Below are positions 57,848 through 64,000 of a DNA stretch of 64,000 nucleotides, piece by piece. The DNA lies in contig JAJYPL010000004.1 in NCBI GenBank assembly GCA_021795355.1, forward strand, positions 1,467 to 65,466, written 5' to 3'. Numbering within the stretch: the stretch's first letter is position 1; each line of letters starts with the position of its first letter. The stretch is from a bacterium (GTDB lineage: Bacteria > SZUA-79 > Acidulodesulfobacterales > Acidulodesulfobacteraceae). The notes under the pieces were generated by a model that worked only from the letters and a program-made list of their open reading frames with translations, did no database searches and was not told the origin of the DNA. A program made the translations under genes and the position numbers.

Positions 57848-58846
57848 ATGAAAGGCACTAAGTTTTTAAACGACGGAACCGGAGTCATAGTAATAGGCAT
57901 TACCGGAAGAGAGGCTTCCCAGGTCGTTATCGAATCGGAAAAATTATTTCCAGGCATAGTAAAATGCGGAGTAACGCCCGGCAAAGGCGGAACCGTGCTT
58001 ACAAACGACTGTCCGGTACCGGTTTTCGATACCGTAAAAGAAGCTCTTAAGGTTAAAGAATTAAAGCAGTCCGTAAATACCGGACTTGTTTACGTTCCGC
58101 CGACGTCCGTTTTGGATGCGGTTTATGAACTTATCGACAACGGCATTAAACTTATATATATAATTACAGAACACGTGCCTATCAGGGATTCTATAATAAT
58201 ATACGAATTTGCGAAAGAAAAAGACGTTACGATAGTAGGAGGAACTTCTCTCGGATGCTATGCCCCTTCTGTAGGCAGGATAGGAGCTATCGGCGGAAAA
58301 GACCCGAGCATCGCATTTAAGGACGGCTCTATAGTGGTGCTTTCGAAAAGCGGCGGACTTACCGTTACGACTTCCGAGATGTTTAAAAGAAGAGGCTTCG
58401 GAATTTATATGGCTCTTGCCGTAGGTGGCGACGTTATTGCATGTACTACGTTTGCCGATGTCCTTCCTGAACTGGAAAAAGACAAAAACGTTCAGGCATG
58501 CGTTATAATGGGCGAACCCGGCGGCGTTTACGAAGAGAAGGTTGCCGAACTCGTAGATAAAGGCGGATATACTAAGCCGTTGGCGGTGTTCGTAGCAGGC
58601 GTTTTTCAGGAGATGATGCCCGAAGGCGTTTCATTCGGCCATGCGGGAGCCATAGTCGAAAGAGGTATGGGCAAAGCCACGAATAAAATAAAGATACTCG
58701 AAGAAGTCGGCAAAAAAACAGGAACTATTAAAGTCGCCAAATTTTATCACGAATTAGTCAACTCGATTATTTCGCTCGGCGTCAAAAGAGACTTTGAAGA
58801 CGGTTCTTCCGACGACGTTAAGCCGCTTTACAGCACTTTAAAATAA
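57848..58846 (+). CDS. ccsB: citryl-CoA synthetase small subunit (SucD-like CoA-binding)
   Basis: GITGREAS CoA-binding fold, SKSGGLT, and the phosphohistidine loop SFGHAGAIV. Start at the ATG 9 nt after GGAG; the track ORF begins at 57833. Confidence 0.75.
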   Translation: MKGTKFLNDGTGVIVIGITGREASQVVIESEKLFPGIVKCGVTPGKGGTVLTNDCPVPVFDTVKEALKVKELKQSVNTGLVYVPPTSVLDAVYELIDNGIKLIYIITEHVPIRDSIIIYEFAKEKDVTIVGGTSLGCYAPSVGRIGAIGGKDPSIAFKDGSIVVLSKSGGLTVTTSEMFKRRGFGIYMALAVGGDVIACTTFADVLPELEKDKNVQACVIMGEPGGVYEEKVAELVDKGGYTKPLAVFVAGVFQEMMPEGVSFGHAGAIVERGMGKATNKIKILEEVGKKTGTIKVAKFYHELVNSIISLGVKRDFEDGSSDDVKPLYSTLK

Positions 58847-58871
58847 TTTTTTATCGAATTTATAATTTCAC

Positions 58872-58910
58872 TCCCTTAGTTTCTTCAATGTTTTTGTCGA
58901 AGCTAAGGGA
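58872..58910 (+). terminator. imperfect intercistronic hairpin between ccsB and ccl
   Basis: tcccttag / ctaaggga outer stem plus cttc/gaag inner stem; followed by aatttaatttt. Confidence 0.3.
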
Positions 58911-58989
58911 AATTTAATTTTGAAATCAAGGCGAATTAACTTAAATTTAAATATTAAAAATAATTTTTAAAATAAGGAGCGATGATTTT

Positions 58990-59793
58990 ATGTCCGAAAC
59001 CGTTTCTCAAAAAGAATGGAGAACCGCAATTACGTCCAATCAGGACGGCAAAATTCTTATAAGAGGCTACAATCTCGATAGTTTAATAGGGAATAAATCT
59101 TATGCGGAAGTCTGTTTTCTGCTATTAAAAGGCGAACTTCCAAACCAAAACGAAGCTAAAATGCTGGACGCAATTTTTGTTTCCTGCATAGATGCAGGCA
59201 TAGCCGCTCCTTCGTCCGTTGCCGCAAGGACCGTATTTTCCGGCGGAAATTCGCTTAATGCCGCCGTAGCCGCCGGAGTTTTGACTTTAGGCGATGCTCA
59301 CGGAGGCGCAATAGAAAAAGCCGCCAAAATGTTTCAGGATTATCTAAAAGGCAAGGACGGACTTAAGGAATCCGAAATAAAAGATATGGCGGCAAACATA
59401 GTTGACGATGCGTTGAAAAATAAAAAAAGGCTTGCAGGCTACGGGCATAAACTTCATACCGTCGATCCGAGAACTAAGAGGCTTTTAGAAGTCGCCGAAG
59501 ATTTAAATTTCGGAGGAGATTTTATTAAGTTAGCCGTTTATATCGCAGACGAATTTAAAGTTAAAAAACCCGAACAGAAACTTCCGCTTAACGTGGACGG
59601 CTGTATTGCCGCGATAATTTCCGATATGGGCTTTGATTACAGGCTCGGCAAGGGTTTCTTTATTATCGCCCGTTCCGCCGGTCTCGTCGGCCAGGTTTTC
59701 GAGGAATGGATGAGGGAAAAACCGTTCCGCAGATTAGCCGCCAATCTCCACGAATACGACGGAGTGCCGGAGCGCGAACTTAAAAAGCAGTAA
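58990..59793 (+). CDS. ccl: citryl-CoA lyase (short citrate-synthase-family protein)
   Basis: 267 aa, corresponding to the citrate synthase catalytic C-terminal region (GDAHGGA, GYGHKLH). Directly downstream of ccsAB. Confidence 0.75.
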   Translation: MSETVSQKEWRTAITSNQDGKILIRGYNLDSLIGNKSYAEVCFLLLKGELPNQNEAKMLDAIFVSCIDAGIAAPSSVAARTVFSGGNSLNAAVAAGVLTLGDAHGGAIEKAAKMFQDYLKGKDGLKESEIKDMAANIVDDALKNKKRLAGYGHKLHTVDPRTKRLLEVAEDLNFGGDFIKLAVYIADEFKVKKPEQKLPLNVDGCIAAIISDMGFDYRLGKGFFIIARSAGLVGQVFEEWMREKPFRRLAANLHEYDGVPERELKKQ

Positions 59794-59798
59794 AATAG

Positions 59799-59885
59799 AA
59801 AAAGGTGTCAGATTTTATTTTCCGTATAAAAAAAGTTAGTTAATATATATAGCTGATAGCGGAAAATAAAATCTGACACCTTTTT
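59799..59885. repeat. AAAGGTGTCAGAT...TTTTCCG inverted-repeat element, copy D (perfect arms)
   Basis: AAAAAGGTGTCAGATTTTATTTTCCG (59799-59824) and its exact reverse complement (59860-59885), with a 35-nt loop. Confidence 0.8.
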
Positions 59886-59889
59886 CTAA

Positions 59890-59918
59890 TTGAAATATAC
59901 CTATAAACGTAGTATAAT
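59890..59918 (+). promoter_or_regulatory. candidate promoter for glpX
   Basis: TTGAAA (59890-59895), 17-nt spacer, TATAAT (59913-59918). A ~100-nt leader follows. Confidence 0.5.
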
Positions 59919-60020
59919 TCATCAAAGTTACGTGAGGCAAAGAGACCTCTAAGAAGACGTTGCTTAATTTTAAAACATTACATAACTCTAATCGGTAAAT
60001 ATAATAAGGGAGGAGCAATA

Positions 60021-60977
60021 ATGGACGATAAAGCGTTGACTATCGAATTTGTCAGGGTTACGGAACATGCCGCAATATCCGTTGCAAGATTTATAGGCAG
60101 AGGCGACGAAAAAGCGGCGGACAGGGCTGCCGTAGAATCCATGAGGGACTCTCTTAATTATATCGATATAGACGGCACTATCGTTATCGGCGAAGGCGAA
60201 AGAGACGAAGCTCCCATGCTTTACATAGGGGAAAAAGTAGGGAACGGAAAAGGGCAGAAGGTAGATATAGCCGTCGATCCTTTAGAAGGAACTACTTTGG
60301 CGGCTACCAGCGCGCCAAACGCTATCGCCGTAATGGCTATAGGCGACCATGGAAACTTTCTTCATGCGCCGGATACCTATATGCAGAAAATAGCCGTCGG
60401 ACCTAAAGCAAAAGGCGCAATAGACATAAATCTTTCACCGACTGAAAATCTTCACAGGATAGCGGATGCCATGAACAGATATGTTGAAGACCTTACAGTC
60501 ATAATCCTTAACCGCGAAAGACATAAAGAATTAATAGACGAAGTTAGAAAAGCCGGAGCAAGAATCCGCCTAATTCAGGACGGCGACGTTGCCGGAGCTA
60601 TCGCTACCGCTAAAGAAGACTCCGGAATAGACGTTCTTATGGGCACCGGAGGCGCGCCTGAAGGAGTTCTCGGCGCGGCGGCGCTAAGATGCGTCGGGGG
60701 AGATATGCAGGGCAGGCTTGCATTCAGGAATGAAGGCGAAAAAGAGCGCGCACTTAAAATGGGGATAAAAGATTTAAATAAAGTTTACGGCATACAGGAA
60801 CTTGCCGCCGGAGACGTGATATTTGTCGCAACCGGAGTGACTAACGGCGATTATTTGAACGGCGTGGAATTTTTTCACGGCGGCGCAAAAACGTATTCGG
60901 TAGTCATGAGGTCTAAAACCGGAACCATTAGGTATATAGAAGCCAACCACTATTTCAATTACAAAGAAATAAAATAA
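60021..60977 (+). CDS. glpX: class II fructose-1,6-bisphosphatase (GlpX type, possibly FBP/SBPase)
   Basis: VTEHAAI...GRGDEKAADRAAV N-terminus, VDPLEGT and GTGGAPEGV motifs. Confidence 0.9.
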   Translation: MDDKALTIEFVRVTEHAAISVARFIGRGDEKAADRAAVESMRDSLNYIDIDGTIVIGEGERDEAPMLYIGEKVGNGKGQKVDIAVDPLEGTTLAATSAPNAIAVMAIGDHGNFLHAPDTYMQKIAVGPKAKGAIDINLSPTENLHRIADAMNRYVEDLTVIILNRERHKELIDEVRKAGARIRLIQDGDVAGAIATAKEDSGIDVLMGTGGAPEGVLGAAALRCVGGDMQGRLAFRNEGEKERALKMGIKDLNKVYGIQELAAGDVIFVATGVTNGDYLNGVEFFHGGAKTYSVVMRSKTGTIRYIEANHYFNYKEIK

Positions 60978-61095
60978 ATATCCGGTTTTACCAAAATTCT
61001 GCATTACGCACCTCATATTGAAATTAATGGTATAATTAACTTAACTTATTATTATATCGTTAATAAACTTATATTTAAGAAAAAGAGGTGTTTTT

Positions 61096-62016
61096 ATGAA
61101 AGTTTTTATTGCCGGCGGCACCGGTTTTGTCGGTTCGGCCGTATCGGAAAAAATTAAATCGTCCGGCGCTTCGGTCGTGCTTTTAGAGCGCAATAAAAAT
61201 AAGATTCCGCGCTTAAAAGAACAGGGATACGAAGTTTTTGAAAGTACTCTCGAAGATAAAGCCGCAGTTAACGGCTTTTTATCCGCAAATAAATTCGACG
61301 CCGTAATAAATCTTATAGGCATAATAAGAAGCGTCCCCGGTTTTTCCTTTCAAAAAGTTCACGTGGATTACGTAAATACTTTATTGGAATTGGCAAAGGA
61401 AAACGGCATAGACAGGTTTATCCATATGAGCGCTCTCGGCGCATCCGAAAACAGCGACTCAGAGTATTTTTCTACAAAATACGAAGGCGAATCGCTCGTC
61501 AAAAATTCAGGTTTAAAATGGACTGTGTTCCGTCCTTCTTTGATTTTCGGAGACAACGCCGGTTTTTTCGACGATATAATCGACGTGGTAAAAACAAGAG
61601 CGTTGGTTCCGATAATAGGAACCGGCGAAACCAAATTTGCTCCTATAGACGTTTTTTCAATAGCCGAAGCGTATAATAATTCTTTATATAACGAAAAAAC
61701 CGTCAACGAAGTTTTCCGCTTATGCGGACCGGATATTTACACTTTCGAGGAAATTATAGATTTAATTATGGAAATTCACCCGCCTAAAAAATTGAAAATC
61801 CATACGCCTTCGTTTATAGCGGAAAAATCCCTTGGTTTTATCGAAAAATTATCCCTGTCTTTATCCAAAAACGCCCCCGTAACTTCCGACCAGATAAGGA
61901 TGCTGAAACACGACAATATCTGCGAAACAGACGATGAATCGAAAAAAAACGACGAAATATTAGGATTAAAAAGAACCCGCTTAAAAGACTGGCTGGCCGC
62001 GTATCTTACCATATAA
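61096..62016 (+). CDS. NAD(P)-binding epimerase/dehydratase-family (NmrA/NDUFA9-like) protein
   Basis: MKVFIAGGTGFVGSAV Rossmann motif and a YxxxK-like region (YFSTKYEGE). Confidence 0.7.
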   Translation: MKVFIAGGTGFVGSAVSEKIKSSGASVVLLERNKNKIPRLKEQGYEVFESTLEDKAAVNGFLSANKFDAVINLIGIIRSVPGFSFQKVHVDYVNTLLELAKENGIDRFIHMSALGASENSDSEYFSTKYEGESLVKNSGLKWTVFRPSLIFGDNAGFFDDIIDVVKTRALVPIIGTGETKFAPIDVFSIAEAYNNSLYNEKTVNEVFRLCGPDIYTFEEIIDLIMEIHPPKKLKIHTPSFIAEKSLGFIEKLSLSLSKNAPVTSDQIRMLKHDNICETDDESKKNDEILGLKRTRLKDWLAAYLTI

Positions 62017-62020
62017 ATAC

Positions 62021-62047
62021 AGGGGCAGAATTCAATTCTGTCCCTGT
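62021..62047. repeat. GGGACAGAATTCAATTCTGTCCC-type hairpin, copy 2
   Basis: acaggggcagaatt / aattctgtccctgt arms with one mismatch, directly after the stop codon. As at 11422, a GGTGTCAGA element follows. Confidence 0.65.
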
Positions 62048-62060
62048 CTATTAGTAGAAG

Positions 62061-62200
62061 AAAAAAAGGTGTCAGATTTATTTATTTAACTACTCCCGCT
62101 TTTTTCACATGACACCTTTTTGCGACACCTTTTTGTTTTTGTAGTTTATCCGCAAACCCAATCGGCAGTGAGCAAATAAATAAATCTGACCCCTTTAAAA
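62061..62200. repeat. AAAGGTGTCAGAT inverted-repeat element, copy E (expanded, with extra half-sites)
   Basis: Left arm 62065-62087. Matching right arm 62174-62196 (one mismatch). Two additional GACACCTTTTT half-arms at 62111-62121 and 62124-62134. Confidence 0.65.
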
Positions 62201-62243
62201 GACCCCTTTAAGAAGCCCGCTAAAAAAATATTTTTAAATTTAC

Positions 62244-62272
62244 TTGACTTTTAATTAAATGAATAATATTAT
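62244..62272 (+). promoter_or_regulatory. candidate mraZ/dcw promoter
   Basis: TTGACT (62244-62249), 17-nt spacer, TATTAT (62267-62272). Confidence 0.4.
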
Positions 62273-62278
62273 TTAAGT

Positions 62279-62308
62279 GTGGTAAAAAGTGGTAAAAAGT
62301 GGTAAAAG
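62279..62308 (+). promoter_or_regulatory. three tandem 10-bp GTGGTAAAA(A/G) boxes, putative MraZ operator
   Basis: gtggtaaaaa gtggtaaaaa gtggtaaaag, immediately downstream of the -10 and 45 nt upstream of the mraZ start. Confidence 0.55.
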
Positions 62309-62352
62309 GTTAAATATATTAAATTTTATTATTATAAAGAATTATTCCTATT

Positions 62353-62796
62353 ATGTTTAGCGGCAGATATAACCATGCGATAGACGATAAGGGCAGGATA
62401 AAGGTGCCTCAAAAGATAAAAGACTCGTTAGTGTCGGTTTACGACGATACTTCCGTGGTGATTACCAATCTCGACAAATGTCTCGTCGCATATCCGCTTG
62501 AGGAATGGCGGAAATTAGAAGAAAAGGCGCTTAAACTTCCGTCTATGCAAAAAGACGTGCTGGAATTTTTAAGGTATTTTTTTTCGGGGGCGGAGGAAGT
62601 AGAACTTGATAAAATGGACAGGATACACATTCCCCAGTCGCTTAAATTAAGCGGAAATTTAAATAAAGAAGCGGTGATCGTAGGAATAATAAACAGATTT
62701 GAAATATGGGACAGAGATTTATGGGATGTTAATTTTCAAGGCGCGAAATCCAATTTTGAATCTATCGCCGCTACTATGGCGCAGATAGGATTCTGA
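62353..62796 (+). CDS. mraZ: transcriptional regulator MraZ
   Basis: MFSGRYNHAIDDKGRIKVP and a second DRIHIPQ SpoVT/AbrB-like repeat. Confidence 0.9.
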   Translation: MFSGRYNHAIDDKGRIKVPQKIKDSLVSVYDDTSVVITNLDKCLVAYPLEEWRKLEEKALKLPSMQKDVLEFLRYFFSGAEEVELDKMDRIHIPQSLKLSGNLNKEAVIVGIINRFEIWDRDLWDVNFQGAKSNFESIAATMAQIGF

Positions 62797-62935
62797 CAAT
62801 ATCGAAAAGACACTTTTAAAGGTGCTGTATGGGATGTTAATACGAGATAAAAGCACCGAATTTTTCAATACAAACATTTAAGGGTAACATATGAGATGTT
62901 AATAATATAAATAAATAATTAATTAAGATATTATT

Positions 62936-63940
62936 ATGGAAATATTTTCCGAAAAGAAAAGCGGCGGCGTTGTTATCTCAACACAAACTCAAACGCAGTC
63001 TGCCGTCCATATACCGGTGCTTTTAAAAGAAGCTATGGATGCTTTAAACGTACGGCGCGGCAATGTTTACGTCGATGGAACATTAGGCGGAGGCGGGTTT
63101 TCGGAAGCAATACTGAAAAAACTTGACGGCGAAGGTTTTCTTATCGGAATAGACAGGGATTTTTCGGCGGTTAAAAATGTTTCGTCTAAATTTGAAACGG
63201 AATTTAATACGAAAAATTTTAAACTTTTTCATTCAAATTTCGGCAAAATTGACGAAGTAATAAAAACGGCCGGTTTTGCAAGCATAGACGGAGTAGTTCT
63301 CGATCTCGGCATCAGTTCGATACAGCTTGGAAGCAACAGGGGGTTTAGTTTTACTTTTAATAATGAAGCCTCCATAGAAGGCGAAGGAAAGATCGAAGCC
63401 GAAGCAAGCATAGATATGAGGATGGATGCCGGCGACGAAAACGGATTAACCGCATACGACATAGTAAACGGCTATCCGGAGCGGGAGATAGCAGATATCA
63501 TATATAAATACGGCGACGAAAAATTTTCAAGAAGAATAGCAAAAAGCATAATAGAATACAGAAAAAAAAATAAATCGATAGATACTCCTTCTGAATTAGC
63601 CGAAATAATAAGGAAAGCGGTTTACAAAGGATACGGAAAATTTAAAAGATTCAAAACCGATCCCGCAACGAAAACGTTCATGGCTTTGAGAATTTTCGTA
63701 AACGAAGAATACGATTCTCTTTCGCTGTTTTTGGGCAAACTCGACGGCGTTTTAAAAAAAGACGGAAGAGCCGTCATAATTTCGTTTCACTCCGGCGAAG
63801 ACAGAATTGTTAAAAATTTTTTAAAAAATAATTTAAATTTTAAACCTTTAAATAAAAAACCGATAGTCCCGGCGGAAGAAGAAATAGAAAATAATCCCAG
63901 ATCGAGGAGCGCTAAATTGAGGGCATTTTATCGTGACTAA
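62936..63940 (+). CDS. rsmH: 16S rRNA (cytosine1402-N4)-methyltransferase
   Basis: HIPVLL, DGTLGGGG, DLGISS, FHSGEDR and NPRSRSAKLR motifs. Glu/Ala-rich insertion near residues 145-165. Confidence 0.9.
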   Translation: MEIFSEKKSGGVVISTQTQTQSAVHIPVLLKEAMDALNVRRGNVYVDGTLGGGGFSEAILKKLDGEGFLIGIDRDFSAVKNVSSKFETEFNTKNFKLFHSNFGKIDEVIKTAGFASIDGVVLDLGISSIQLGSNRGFSFTFNNEASIEGEGKIEAEASIDMRMDAGDENGLTAYDIVNGYPEREIADIIYKYGDEKFSRRIAKSIIEYRKKNKSIDTPSELAEIIRKAVYKGYGKFKRFKTDPATKTFMALRIFVNEEYDSLSLFLGKLDGVLKKDGRAVIISFHSGEDRIVKNFLKNNLNFKPLNKKPIVPAEEEIENNPRSRSAKLRAFYRD

Positions 63941-64000
63941 GATAAAACCTTATTTTATAATTTTAGTTATAATACTTACTATTCTTGGAATTTTTTACGT
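63933..64000 (+). CDS. possible start of an FtsL-like membrane protein (truncated by window end)
   Basis: GTG overlapping the rsmH stop. Reads VTKIKPYFIILVIILTILGIFY, a TM helix, in the position expected for ftsL. Confidence 0.3.
   Translation, partial: MTKIKPYFIILVIILTILGIFY

Overview
This is a visibly AT-rich bacterial chromosomal window, almost fully coding, with no rRNA, CRISPR array, transposase or integrase gene. Contents in order:
(1) 1.1-5.3 kb: a sulfur-trafficking cluster. It holds TusA, YeeE/YedE, a small membrane protein, three miniature DsrE/F/H-like proteins (one is a 56-aa ORF below the track cutoff), an exported rhodanese, and two exported proteins that both end in AGCL.
(2) 8-20 kb: housekeeping genes (plsY, mrp/apbC, trxA). 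They include a minus-strand galU-hsp20-lon-thiL-CNNM-CNNM operon.
(3) 21.2-21.6 kb: tRNA-Ser(CGA), followed by a perfect 143-bp tandem duplication that reiterates the tRNA 3' end three times.
(4) 21.9-43.3 kb: a roughly 21-kb same-strand dissimilatory sulfur supercluster, dsrN-dsrA-dsrB-dsrD-dsrL-dsrC-dsrM-dsrK-dsrE-dsrF-dsrH-sat-aprB-aprA-qmoA-qmoB-qmoC-hppA. It combines markers usually treated as reductive (dsrD) and oxidative (dsrEFH, dsrL). Its dsrC has only one cysteine.
(5) 43.5-50.3 kb: tadA, lipA, an aminotransferase, and hom-thrC plus a PGM-like proposed homoserine kinase.
(6) 50.4-61 kb: a carbon-fixation cluster of the Aquificae/Leptospirillum-type reductive TCA variant. It holds beta-carbonic anhydrase, icd, an OsmC-like gene, 2-oxoglutarate/pyruvate carboxylase subunits, citryl-CoA synthetase ccsAB, citryl-CoA lyase ccl and glpX.
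(7) 62.3-64 kb: the start of the dcw cluster (mraZ with three upstream 10-bp boxes, rsmH, a possible ftsL start).
Two intergenic repeat families stand out. One is a 122-124-bp MITE-like element with 21-bp terminal inverted repeats, inserted once in the dsr operon and once, inverted, in the ccs operon. The other is a family of AAAGGTGTCAGAT...TTTTCCG inverted-repeat elements at five transcription-unit ends.
All functional calls rest on motif and family recognition by eye. No database search was possible.
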